Source: Okamejei kenojei (Eukaryota). From it: 64,000 bases of DNA. Where the stretch lies: NCBI GenBank assembly GCA_035221665.1, contig CM069138.1:868001-932000 (forward strand), given 5' to 3'. Below, in pieces: positions 24,541 through 37,094 of the stretch. A program made the translations under genes and the position numbers. The number at the start of each line of letters is the position of its first letter. The first letter of the stretch is position 1. Under the pieces are notes generated by a model. That model did not search any database. It was not told the origin of the DNA and saw only the letters and a program-made list of their open reading frames with translations.

Positions 24541-25544
24541 GGGGGGCAGCAGCTCGGGTGGCTGAGCGGCCGCCGGGCCGGACAGCGGAACCAGCCGCCA
24601 CCTTAGCTCCTTCTGCCGGTCCCCGCTCACCTCTGGCAGCTCTCCGTCTACAAGCCACTCTCCTGCCGCTCGCTGGCCTCACTCATGTCCTTAAATTCCG
24701 ACAGCGCGATTGAGGTTACTCGGCTTTGGGAATTTAAGATTTGCAGGAAGCCGCTGACATGAGCGAAGTCGGCGAACGGCAGGTGACAGGTGTTCCGACG
24801 GAGAGCACTGCCAGAGGTGAGCGGGCCAGCAGAAGGCGCTGAAGTGGCGGCCAGTTCTGCTGTCGGGCCACTCGCAGCTCCCCGAGCTGCTTCTATCCCC
24901 CGCGACAGTGCGGGGGCTTCGTGCCCGGAAAGCTGCGGTAGCGGTGAGTGAGTTTCTGGCATTATCCCCGACACCCTCCTTCTCAACACTGAACACTTGA
25001 GGTCAGTGGCTTCACAAATATCTCATTCTCCTCCCCTGAGAGTTTTGTTAAACAGACATTGGTACCATGTATCGCACTACCGAGCCTTTTCCTCCTTGAG
25101 GCATCCAGAGATACTGCAATCAATTTGGCCGAAACTTTCAATGAGGTATCAGTTTGCAATATGAGGCTGCAGCCAGAGCAATTAGGCTGTCTCCGTATAA
25201 AGCAGTTTCTTATAGGAGAAAAAGGTGTGTCCGACCTAACTGGATTAGCCCAAATCATGACATTGAAGAATTGGTGATGTTAATTGACTTTTCCCTCGGC
25301 TATATATAGTTTCCATAAAAAGGGCAAATAATTAATTCAACCACATATTCCACCGAAAGCAAGATTTGTTCAGCAACGTGTCCCCAAATGGTCTAGGACT
25401 AGGAAGCCTTGGGCAAATTGAAATGTCACTGTTTTTATTTATTTATTTATTTAACGGAGCGAACAATCTGCGCATGCGCGGTTTAATATATTTTTTTAGC
25501 GGACTGAGTGCCTACCCTGAGTAATTACTCACTGCACGTGCCTG
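23882..25544. mobile_element. Non-autonomous hAT-type TIR transposon
   Basis: TIRs CAGGCACATGCCGTCAG / CAGGCACGTGCAGTGAG; perfect 8-bp TSD CCATGAGG (23874-23881, 25545-25552); subterminal GCCTACCCTGA motifs. Confidence 0.88.
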
Positions 25545-25724
25545 CCATGAGGACTCGACTATCTGAGCTCAATGATCTAACTACAGTGAGAGATTGAACA
25601 AGTTAAATATTTTTTTTAATATGCCACAGAAGTAATAAATGTTTTCTTACCTTTCCTCCTTAATGGGGAACCTGAAGAAAGACAAGTCGGGATGCCTACA
25701 TTGCCGATTGACAATTGTTTTTCG

Positions 25725-26700
25725 CAGGATTGGTCAATCTTGAGCACATGGTATTGGGGGTAGGGTGTTGACATGGAGAGAAAATTGGTTGGCAGACCGG
25801 AAGCAAAGAGTAGGAGTGAACGGGTCCTTTTCAGAATGGCAGACAGTGGCGAGTGGAGTGTCGTAAGGCTCGGTGTTGGGGCCGCAACTGTTTACCATAT
25901 ATATTAATGATTTGGAAGAGGGAATTAGGAGCAACACTAGCAAGTTTGCGGATGACACAAAGCTGGGTGGCAGTGTGAACTGTGAAGAGGATGTTAGGAG
26001 GTTTCAGGGGGACCTGGACAAGTTGAGTGAGTGGCCAGATGCGTGGCAGATGCAGTGTAACATAGATAAATGTGAGGTTATCCACTTTGGCGGCAAAAAC
26101 AAGGGGGCAGATTATTATCCCTATGGAGTTAAGTTAGGTAAGGGGGAGGTGCAGCGAGACCTGAGTGTCCTTGTAAAGGTGGGCGTGCAGGTACAGCAGG
26201 CAGTGAGGAATCGTGTTGCACGGGGAGTCAAATGCAACGGCATTTCATTTGGAATTGCATATGTCGATGTATTTCTAAATGACAATAAAATTTGTTTGAT
26301 GATGATTTGATTGAAAGCTAATGGAATGTTGACCTTCATAACAAGAGGATTCAGTATAGGAAGTTCTTCTGCAGTTGTATAGGGCTCTGGTGAGGCCACA
26401 TCTGGAGTATTGTGTACAGTTTTGGTCTCTTAATTTGAGGAAGGACATCCTTGTGATTGAGGCAGTGCAGCGTAGGTTCACGAGATTGATCCCTGGGATG
26501 GCGTGACTGTCAGATTAGGAAAGAATGAAGTTTCCTGAAGTTTAGAAGGATGAGGGGATGTCTTATAGAAACATATAAAATTATAAAAGAACTGGACAAG
26601 CTAAATGCAGGAGAAATGTTCCCAATGTTGGGCAAGTCCAGAACCAGGGGCCACAGTCTTAGAAGAAAGGGGAGGTCATTTAGGACTGAGGTGAGAAAAA
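25725..26700 (+). mobile_element. CR1 LINE RT fragment, with an unrelated insert of about 100 bp near 26207-26311
   Basis: [13 protein letters not shown]...FADDTKLGG and LEYCVQFW motifs. Confidence 0.9.
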
Positions 26701-29700
26701 ACCGTACTATGGGCTTTTTGCAGGAGTGGTCCATCTTGCTCTGCTATAGGATCTTTGCTCTTAGTGGCTCTCCCACAGAGTATCCATTCCTGCCAATTAG
26801 GTTCAGATTGTGATGAAGAACACGCAGGCATGAAAAGTGGAAAAATGATTTATTAAAGTTTAAAATGTGAATAACTTAAAATATAACAATTTAAATGTCA
26901 AAGATGAGAATTATTAAGTTATTTCTTGTTATGTCTCTTGTTGCTGCCCACTGCGTCTTTATGTCTCATTATGTTGGTAAAAAAAAGGGAATTTAAAAAT
27001 AGATTCCGCTGTCAAATTTTAACCAAGATTATCTGATAATATATCTCAGAAATCATCATTCAACGAAGTACGCTTTTATCTAAGCACGCATATATATACA
27101 CACACACACACAGACTCACACACAGAGACTCGCACACACACACACTCACACACACTGATTCTCACAGACTCACTCAAACATTTAAAGCTTCCTGTAGAGG
27201 CTGCTGCTGCTGACGCAAATACGTGCTGTAAATAACGTCCAACAAACACACTCACCATTGACAGAGCAGTCAGCTCTCATGAATTATTCAGCGGTGTCTT
27301 CACTCTGCGCCTTCTGCAGTCAGCGCCATCTTGCTGCTGTATCCATCAGAAAACTGTTACAACGATTTTAAGAGCCAAGACAATTTGGCAAACATTCTAC
27401 AACCACATCAGGGACACATGGCAACAAACGCACTTGGATTTGAACTTGAATAGTATTACTTCAAATTAATAAATGTGGAAAATTATGCACTTTACTTATG
27501 TTCCACTTTTTGAAGTTTTTTACATTTCCTTTTAACAGTCATGTTGTGCATTTTTCTATTCTTGAATTTGAGTCCATAGTGCATGTGGATACTCACAAAG
27601 ATTGCTACAATTCTAACCTTGACTATTGCAGCACAAGTTCATGTCTTTGTATTGCTGTGTCTTATGTATTGCTGTGTTTATTAGATGGGAAATGTTATCC
27701 CTGGTCATGTTAACATCATCAAATTCTGTGCAGAACACTTTTTCGCACACTTCACAGAACCCAAGAAAGTATTCCGAAGGCACCATCAAGGAGCCGAAGT
27801 CAGACGTTGATGTTTCATATGCTTTATGATGGATGAATATGAGTGCAGGATCAACTAAAGCGGTATCAGTTCTTAATAGAATTTCTCTGCAGTTGTTGTA
27901 TTTTGATGACAGTTCATGTGAAGTGATGATCCTGTGACAGATGTGACCTGCGATGTAAGCTAGTGTATTCTCTTCAGGGAGATCTAGTGAAATGCTGCAG
28001 ACTGCATTGTGCTGTTTTGTTTTATTAGTATGTGAGATAGATGGAGATGGTTTCTTGACTCTGTTTTTTGTTAGTGTTTGCAATGTTAAGATGAATTTGT
28101 CTGAGTCGGGGGAACAGTTTGCACTCACAGATGGCTTTATCAGTTCAGCCACCATAACCATCCGAAAAGCACATCGAAACTCCTTTGCTGATGGATTTTC
28201 TCGGAATCCGCCCTTTCACCGAATAGTGGAGAACAAATTCTCTACAACATCCTGATTGGTCCGAGATGTGAACATAAAACGGGCGTCTGTGCTTTCCTTT
28301 ATGTGCTGCCACAGCTGTGAAATGCAAGAAATTGCAAGCCGCCATCCCTTGACAAACAACACATTTTTAGCTCCAAGCTCTGTCAAGCTTTTGAGCACAG
28401 TCAAGCATGATTCAAAGAATGGCTTATGTGCAGACTTTTCTGACATAGGCCTCCTTAACTTTTTGGGGTCCTTGAAAAACCTGCTGTTAAATGAGTCAAA
28501 CAGCCCATCAACCATTTCAATAAACTCTGCCGTATAAACAGCCTCCAGGTAACTTTCCAAGAGCTGCATAGGTGTAGACACCTGCTGCTACAGAATGGCT
28601 AAGCACCTGCGCAGCCTTGTTGACTCTCATTTTAGAGAAGCTGTTTAAAACAAAATGGCCTCTGGTTAATTTACGGGCTTTTTTTAATGGGCAACTGTGA
28701 ATCATGCTCATAAAATGTGTATATATGTGCCCATTTGATATGTTTTTTTCTGCCATCCTCTCCCTTGACCTCAAAAACATATTTCTCCAAATTTGAGCGA
28801 GTGTTTTTCAACAAGTGGGGTGGGTCATGCATGCAATACATATTGGTAGCCCCGTGGACAAAGAAAGGATGGTCTTCCGTCACACCCAAGTTGGAGTACA
28901 GTCGAATATTGCTTGGGCCTTGGTCACAAACAACGGCCTTAGGCTGTAATCCAATAGCCTTAACCTTCTGTAAACATTGCTTGAGTAATGTTTGCAATTT
29001 GTCAGCCGTTGTGCAGTCCCGTGAAAGAAAGTAACCTACAGGTTGCTTCCATTTCCCCATCAAGCCTCTAACCATGAAAACGAGAGCATGGTTGGCAGGC
29101 CTTGATGTCTTCCCTAGGGATCCAAAGTCCTCAAAACCCTCTACAGAATCTTCAGTAATATTGTAAGAGAGGCTTGCATGGAAACTCATTTCGTCAAAGG
29201 AGACTACACATAACATATCCCTCTCTGTCATCCCCACAACCCTGTCTTTCAAAAGTTCAAAGATCTCAGGGGGAAACCCAGGCCTCACTTCAATATTGCA
29301 CAACCACCTACGCAATGATGAGATTGAGGGAAGTGTGAAAATGCACTGGCAGAACTGACATGCTCAGAGACTCTGGTGGTAGAGGGACAAGGACAAGGCA
29401 ACGACCTTGTCTGAATAACTCCATCGTCTTCCTCTCGCACTTCTACGTCTGGACGCATTACGCAACTGCGACGCAAAGAAAGACAGCGCTGGTTCTTGGA
29501 AAAATTCACCAGCCCCTCTGATCAAGTCACTAATTGTCTTACTTTCTGTAGTATTCTTTCCCATTGATAATTTAATCTGTTGTACTCTTTTTTTTTGAGG
29601 CGGAACGTACGCTGCCTTTCCTTCTTCAGAGATCTGCTGTCATTTACATTTGGTGTGAATTGAAGATCAGGCGTTTCAGGAGTTTCAAGTAAGAACATCC

Positions 29701-30489
29701 ATTTAAAGCTTCCTCAAGCATAATTCATGCAACATCTTACTTGAATTAAATACTAGTACGCATTCTATCAGCCCACACTGTGTAGTCTTATGTGTGATTA
29801 TAGTTTTGTGAACATTTCGCAAATCAAAATAAAAGTACCACACATGCCATTACATATTGGCCATTAGCAATTATATCAGTTTGGATACAATTTTTCCATA
29901 TTTAGCTAAAGTGAGAGAATATATTTGGTTTAAAAATGTGCTTGCCTCTTTGCTGTTTTAAAGGCGTTGGTGGGGATGGGAGCTTCTCATTCTTCCTCTT
30001 GAGTAACCTGCGTTGGGAAGACAGACGTTTCGGCGGGTTAGGAATGTCAAAGAGCATTGGAACTGCATTCCAATTTAGCCTGTTCTTGGTCTGCTTGTTG
30101 GAAAACTGGTTGAGTTCTAAGTGTAAAGAACAAAGACAACAGTTGGCTGACAAGTACTCCGGAGTTCGGTGCAGGAGATCTTGTCGACGAGTATTGTGGA
30201 CCCACTGTTGACATCTGAAATTACAGAAAATATAATTAGGATTAACTAATAATTAAAAAAATGATTATAATCACGTGCCTGCAGAATGGATGATGTGATG
30301 TATCACTTAAGTGCAATTGCTTTCAGTTGTGTGGCGAGACCTGTATATTGAAGATGCTTTTTGCCTCTAATGTCAATGTACCTTAAATTTCGAAGAGCTT
30401 ATTAAAATCTTCTTACAAAGACCATTAAGTATTTTCCTTCTATCCTCTTTTAGACCTCAGGCATAGCAGGGCTGCCAACTCTCACACAG

Positions 30490-31440
30490 AGGGAAGGGAG
30501 GGAGAGAGAGAGGGAAGGGAAGGGGAGAGAGAGAGGGAAGGAAGGGAGAGAGGAGGGAAGGGAGGGGAGAAGGGGGAAGGGCGTGGGAAGAGAGGGGAAG
30601 ATGGGGGGAGAGAGAAGAGGGAAGGGGGGGATGAGAGAGAGAGGGGGGGAAGGGAGGGGAAGGGAGGGAAGAGGAGGGAATGGAGAGAGGGGGAAGGGAG
30701 AGAGAGGAGGAGGGGGGGAGAGATCGAGGGAAGGAGAGGAGGAGAGAGGGAGGGAGAGAGAGGGGTGGGAGAAGAGAGGGGTGGGAAGAGAGAGAAAGGG
30801 AGGTAGAAGAGGGAAGAGAGAGAGAGAGAGAGAGAGAGGAGGGGGAGGGAGGAGAGAGAGAGAAGGACGTGAAGAGAGAGATAGGAGGGAGAGAGGAGAG
30901 GGAGAGAGAGGGTGCGGGAACGGGGAGAGNNNNNNNNNNNNNNNNNNNNNNNNNNNNNNNNNNNNNNNNNNNNNNNNNNNNNNNNNNNNNNNNNNNNNNN
31001 NNNNNNNNNNNNNNNNNNNNNNNNNNNNNNNNNNNNNNNNNNNNNNNNNNNNNNNNNNNNNNNNNNNNNNNNNNNNNNNNGGGAGGGAGTAGAGAGAGGA
31101 GGGAAAGGGCAGGGGAAAGAGGGTGGGACCGGAGTGAGAGAGGGGTGGGAGGAGAGAGAAAGGCAGGGAGATCGAGAGTGATGGCTGGAAGAGGAGTAGA
31201 AGATGAGGGAGGGAGAGATACGGAGGGAGGGGAGAGCGCGAGGTAAAGGGGGGGAGAGATAGAGAGAGGGAGGATAGAGAGAGGAGGAGTGGCGTGAAGC
31301 TGGGAGGGAGAGAGAGAGGGGGAAGGGGGAGAGGCGGGGGGAAGGGAGGGGGAGGAAGAGTGTTAAGGAGTGGGAGATGAGAGGGAAGAGAGAAAGAAGA
31401 GAGAGAGTGCGATATGAAGGGAAAAGGTGAGAGAGGAGAG
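30490..31440. repeat. GA-rich low-complexity tract containing an N gap (30930-31080), preceded by a CAGGGCTGCCAAC TIR-like motif at 30467
   Basis: Visible composition; the same motif occurs at about 50832 and 52534. Confidence 0.85.
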
Positions 31441-31654
31441 TGGGTCCTATGGTGATTATCGAGAAAGAGAGAACCGGGAGAACACGATTAAGATCGAGGA
31501 GGGGTGTTGAGGAGACGGCTCTCGAGAATCGACGAGAGAGACACGACCTCAAAGTCTCTCTGCCGCTATCTCACTCGCACCGCTGATCACCCCTCAAAGA
31601 TTACGAAAGGTCCTGTCTGACATCCGAATTTTATTCAAGAATTTATTTTTATTT

Positions 31655-33042
31655 TGAGGATGTAACAAGCTAGAGGATAAGGGTGAAAGCAGTGGACTGT
31701 TTAATAAAAAAATCTGGACTTTCAGAAGGCTTTATTTATTTTTTGTTTATTTATATTCGACAAGGTCCCACCCCCCCACAATAGATTAGTATACAAACTC
31801 TTAAAGCACACGGGTATAGGTGGTTCAGTATTAACAAGATGTGGATAGAGAAACTGGGATGGCTGGCAGAAGGAAGCAAAGAGTAGAGGTGAATGGGTCC
31901 TTTTTTCAGGATGGCAGGCAGTGACTAGTTGGGGTGCCGCAAGGCTCAGTGCTGGGGACCCCAGCTATTTACAATATCCATTCCAATGATTCTGGGACGA
32001 GGGGAATTAAATGCAACATCTTGAGGTTTGCGGATGACACGAAACTGGGGGCAGTGTTAGCTGTGAGAGGATGCTAGGAGGCTGCAGAATGACATGGAAG
32101 ACTGGGTGAGTGGGCAAATGCATGGCAGATGCAGTATAATGTGGAAAATGTGAGGTTATCCTCTTTGGTGGCAAAAACAGGAAAGTAGACTATAATTTGA
32201 ATGTTTGACCCGAAATTGGAAAAAAGATTCAACGAGACCTGGGTGTCATGGTACACCAGCCATTGAAAGTAGGCAAGCAGGTGCAGCATGCTGTGAAGAA
32301 AGCGAATGGATGTTGGCATTCATAGCAAAAGGATTTGAGTACAAGAGCAGGGAGGTTCTAACTGCAGTTGTACAGGGTCTTGTGAGGCCACACCAGGAGT
32401 ATTGCGTACAATTTTGGTCTCCTAATCAGAGAAAGACATTCTTGCCATAGAGGGAGTACAGAGAAGGGGGGTGTTCAGAAAATACCAGACTGATTACTGG
32501 GATGGCGGACTACCACACCATGAAGAAAGACTGGGGGAGACGGAACATCGGCTTGTACTCGCTGGAATTTTTAGAAGCAACCATCCAGAAGAGGGTGGAA
32601 AACACACTGATGAACCAACCCCTAATCGTCCTCTTATAGGAGTTTACTCTTCTTATGGTTGGACCATAGACAGGCTAGATGCAGGAAGATTGTTCCCTCG
32701 AGTAGAGGGGGATGGGTAAGTTATATAACCCAGGACAAGGGGTCACCAGTTTTTAGGATCAGGGGGAAGTCGTTTAGGACCGAAATGAGAAAATCGTTTT
32801 TTTCACACAGAGAGTGGTGAATCTGTGGAAATACTCTGCCACAGAAGGTAGTTGAGGCCAGTTCGTTGGCATATTTAAGCGGGAGTTGGATGTGGCCCTT
32901 GTGGCTGAAGGATCGGGGTATGGAGAGAAGGTAGGTACAGGATACTGAGTTGGATGATCAGCCATGATCATATTGAATGGCGGTGCAGGCTCGAAGGGCC
33001 GAAATGGCCTGCTACTGCACCTAATTTCTATTTTCTATGTTC
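31655..33042 (+). mobile_element. CR1 LINE 3' part (indel-rich)
   Basis: Remnants of DFQKAF.KVPH, GVPQGSVLG, FADDTKL and EYCVQFWSP, plus the 3' tail. Confidence 0.88.
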
Positions 33043-33528
33043 TAAGAGAGGGGAGAGAGAGGGACGCCCCCCACACCTCGACCCACGCGCCCTCAGGACC
33101 ATTCGGGCCCCCAGGGGATGGTGAGAGAAGAGAGGGGAGAGAGCAATCGAGGGTGAGAGGATGATGGGGGCTGAGTGCGTAGAAATCGAGAGGGTAAGAA
33201 TAGAGAGATAGATTGAGAGGGGGCGGAGTGAAGATCGAGAGAAGGTTAGAGATTTATTTTTAAGATCGAGAAGGCCCCTGGGGAGAGTTCCTCCTTCGCA
33301 TCGGGAGAGAAGGGGAGGGAGAGGGAGAATGGGAAGAGGGAGAAGGGGGAGAGAGAGAAAAAGAGATAGGGGTTAGACTTGCTGGGAGAGTGGAACGATG
33401 GCACGTTATAATGCGCAGCTGTCTCATTCCGACCAAAGTCTTTCTTTATATATAGAGCAGATCAAACGCTCTCTCTAGTATCTTGATTCCGACCGCCACT
33501 GCCGAACCCCCCGCCCCACCATTGCACC

Positions 33529-33561
33529 CAAAGATTATTGAGCGGAGTTCTATAATCTTTG
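33529..33561. mobile_element. 33-bp P-element TIR-TIR remnant with 8-bp TSD
   Basis: CAAAGATTAT...ATAATCTTTG flanked by ATTGCACC / ATTGTACC. Confidence 0.75.
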
Positions 33562-35116
33562 ATTGTACCTTTCTTCACGGCGGGCTTGTGATCTTTGCTT
33601 GTGAAGTCTCGACAATTCGAGGGACATAACCGGTAACAGCCGCCGCATTACCGGACTCAAATCTGAGTCGAAAAATCTCGTGGTCACTAGGCCATAGTTT
33701 GGAGACCCCTGCCTTACAAGAACAAAACCAAAAACGTTCAGTGTTAAAATGTTTGACTTTATTACTGTGGTAAGTAAAGATCTATTACAAATAATTCTAA
33801 TAACTTTCTAATGTACCGACCAAAGATTATAGAGGAACCTAGTTTCCAATGACCGTTGATGGGAGAACGGAAAATAACATTTTCAGTTCAGAATAATATC
33901 GGCAGAAATAATAATATTTTCTCACCTTTCTATTTTATTGGGGAACCTAAAGAATGACAGGTCGGGTCATCTACATTGACGATTAGAGCAATTAATAGCC
34001 GAGCAGTAAAATGAAGATTCAGATGTAGACGCCATAGTCGAGGCCATCTTGGTAAAATGGCGTCGACAATCACACTTGTGATACTACGCTTTTTTCGCTG
34101 AGTGGCGCATCTTGCTCCTCTATAATCTTTGATTAGAAGATCTCCAAAGACCTTGGCACATCAACCAGAAACAAGTAGAATAACTGTAGAGGGAGAAACA
34201 GCAGCAGGCAAGAAGATTCTACATTCACCTCAAAATATCAAGCACTGGATGGACAGGGCCTGGAAAAATAACTCTAGGCCCAATGTTTCAAGGTCAGTTT
34301 ATCGTCACATGTACCAATTAATGTCCAGTGAAATTCAAATGTGTCTGCAGTGGTGAATCCTACAGGGTAGAAGAATACATTGACTATTTTCATAATCAAA
34401 CTGGCACAACAACATGCCAGCTGTATCAAAGACAACACTTCACACAAACAGTGAACTCCCTGACTGAGCTGCCCAATGCTGTAACTCTTATTATGGCCAT
34501 CAAACCCTATACACAAGCAGGGACATGCAGTCAGTCAAAATATTTAGAGAACTTGACAGACAGCTCAGACTCTACAACTGGAAGAAATACTTTGAATTAA
34601 ATGACTTAAATCAGAGGATCAGTGATGGGGAAGGATTTTGCCCAAGGTCCTTCCAACATTTGGCTTTATGGGAAGAGAATGTCTAACCACAGAAGACACT
34701 TCCAGCAGCATGGGACCCAGTCTTTGGAGATACGTGGTGGAAACTGAATGTCCCCCCTTCACAGGGAATAATAAATAGGTGGTGGCAGTTCCCACACTCA
34801 TTTCCCACACTCAGACTAAACCAGATATAGATTCAGACTGACTAAAAACTACAGTAGGGTGAACAGAAGTGGCAGGATTAGTAAATTGTAAACTTGAAAC
34901 AGTGTCCACAAATATTAAACTACTTTCCCTTCGACAGACCCAACTAGGGAATATAACCAGGTCTAAAAACAAAGAGCGGGAGGTTCTCAGCGGTCAGGCA
35001 GCATCTTCGTCACCATAAAGTGAATGGACAAGCATCATTTAGATCAGGACCCTTGTTCAGATTGAAGATGTAGATGGGGAGAATGCTGAAGAGATGAGGT
35101 GGCCGAACCCTTGCAA

Positions 35117-35410
35117 CTCCACAGATGCTGCCTGACCCGCTGAGTTACTCCAGCACTCTGTGAAACGTCACCTATCCATGTTCTCCACAGATGCTGCCTG
35201 ACCTGCTGAGTTACTCCAGCACTCTGTGAAACGTCACCTATCCATGTTCCCCACAGATGCTGCCTGGCCCGCTGAGTTACTCCAGCACTCTCCTGTGAAA
35301 TGTCACCTATCCATGACCCCCCCCCCAATTCCCCACAGATGCTGCCTGGTCCGCTGAGTTACTACAGCACTTTGTGTCTTTTTTTATAATCCAGCACCTG
35401 CAGTTCCTTG
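35117..35410 (+). repeat. Tandem array (about 4 x 64 bp) of Penelope terminal-repeat sequence
   Basis: Unit ccacagatgctgcctgacccgctgagttactccagcactctgtgaaacgtcacctatccatgttc. Confidence 0.85.
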
Positions 35411-35627
35411 ATTTTCATCCCAAATCTTTCCTGGTTTCAGGGCTTTTACTAAGTTTGGCATCTGGGCAATGGGTGCATTACGAGGAAAGGTAAAGGGTCA
35501 CAGAGCAATAAAGAACCATTTTGCAGTAAAGAGCACAATTATATCTAATTTGTAGACAGCGCTCCCAATGTGCAGTGAATTCACATAACAGGTCGTTCCA
35601 ATTTGTGGTCAACACTCCCACCATGTG

Positions 35628-36705
35628 GTTTAAGAAAGAATTGCAGATGCTGGAAAAATCGAAGATGGACAAAAATGCTGGAGTAAATCAGCGGGTGAGG
35701 CAGCATCTATGGAGAGAAGGAATAGGTGACGTTTCAGGTCGAGACTATTCTTCAGACTGAAGTTGGGGTGGGGGAGGGGGAAAATAAAGGAAGAGGTGGA
35801 GAGAGTAGGCTGTGGGAGAGCTGGGAAGAGAAGGAGGGAGAAACCACTGAAATTGGAGAATGGGAAGATGAGGCCAGTAGTGGGATCCCGTTGGAGGCGG
35901 GAAAAATGTCGGAGGATTATCTGTTGTATGTGATGGCTGGTAGCGTGGAAGGTGAGGACAATAGGTGCAGGAGTAGGCCATTCAGCTCTTCGAGCCAGCA
36001 CCGCCATTCAATGTGACCATGGCTGATCATCCCCAATCAGTACCCCGTTCCTGCCTTCTCCCCATATCCCCTGACTCCGCTATTTTTAAGAGCCGTATCT
36101 AGCTCTCTCTTGAAAGCATCCAGAGAACACGCCTCCACCGCCCTCTGAGGTAGAGAATTCCACAGACTCACGACGCTCTGTGAGAAAAAGTACTTTCTCG
36201 TCTCAGTTCTAAATGGCTCACCCCTTATTCTTAAACTGTGGCCCCTGGTTCTGGACTACCCCAACATCGGGAACATGTTTCCTGCCTCTAGTGTGTCCAA
36301 GCCCTTGACAATCTTATATGTTTCAAAGAGATCCCCTCATTCTTCTAAACTCCAGAGTGTACAAGCCCAGCTGCGCCATTCTCTCAGCATATGACAGTCC
36401 CGCCATCCTGGGAATTAACCTTGTAAACCTACGCTGCATTCCCTCATTAGCAAGAATGTCCTTCCTCAAATTAGGGGACCAAAACTGCACACAATACTCC
36501 AAGTGCAGTCTCACTAGTGCCCTGTACAACTGCAGAAGGACCTCTTTGTTGCTATAATCGATTCTTCTTGTTATAAAGGCCAACATGCCATTCGCTTTCT
36601 TCACTGCCTGCTGTACCTGCAATGGGGGACATGGGGGACTCTGTCCTTGTTACGAGTAGGGGGATGGGGAGTAAGAGCAGAGATGCGGGATATAGAGGAG
36701 ACCAT
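35628..36705 (-). mobile_element. Penelope-like fragment interrupted by a CR1 3' fragment (about 35960-36620)
   Basis: VLTFHATSHHIQQIILRHFSRLQRDPTT PLE motif; CR1 [15 protein letters not shown]. Confidence 0.8.
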
Positions 36706-37094
36706 GATAAGAGTGCTAGAGAAACTAAGCAGGTCAGGCACCAACTCTAGAGGAAAAGGATGGGTGATATTTTCGGTAAGAACCCTTCTTCTATTCCATC
36801 GCAAAATCACTTGTTTCTCCAGAGATGCTGCCTGACCCACTCAGTCACTCCAGTAATGTGTCCATCTTTGGTATTAACCAGCATCTACAGGTCTTTGCTT
36901 CTACATTTTACATCAGCCAGATTCAATTTCAGTTGTGATAAGGTTAGGGTATCATCACTTAATAAAGATACATCCTTTTATTCTGACACTGTGCCCTCTG
37001 GTCCGAGACTCCCACTAGTGGAAACATAATTTTAGTACTGAGATACAGTACAGAAACAGCACAATTCCAGTTGCACCAGAAAAAATAATCATTA

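Larger units (their letters stand above)
23690..26757 (-). mobile_element. Second, degenerate P-element/THAP copy (exon 2 remnant about 23690-23765, exon 1 remnant about 25651-25720, 5' terminus about 26757), interrupted by hAT and CR1
   Basis: NRQCRHPDLSFFRFP.KEER|gtaag and tttcag|A TGT CGC CAG TGG mirror the 33926-34035 and 30214 exons; ccatcttgctctgctataggatctttg resembles the 34131 terminus. Confidence 0.65.
27492..34131 (-). mobile_element. P-element superfamily transposon with intron-containing THAP transposase pseudogene (exon 1 33926-34035, exon 2 about 29946-30214, exon 3 about 27492-29690)
   Basis: THAP C2CH domain (CSAINC...FFRFP...W...LCSLH...NAVP); FDEM, VCDQ, DPPHLLKNTR, KMRV.KAAQVLS, NQDVVENLFS and LAYIAG motifs; 5' TIR CAAAGATTATAGAG ending at 34131. 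I did not find the 3' TIR. Confidence 0.88.

Noticed and set aside
29777-29783. CACTGTG heptamers here and elsewhere as RSS
   Set aside because: No correctly spaced nonamer and no adjacent V, D or J coding sequence seen.
30482-31552. Long S/P/L- or G/R/E-rich ORFs (also 51293-52644)
   Set aside because: Stop-free translations of GA-rich low-complexity DNA.
30467-33711. Single hAT element spanning the P intron
   Set aside because: The two TIR-like ends differ and the flanks show no TSD.
35117-35410. CRISPR-like appearance of regular repeats (also 39400-39633)
   Set aside because: Head-to-tail tandem units with no unique spacers, no cas genes, and a eukaryotic context.
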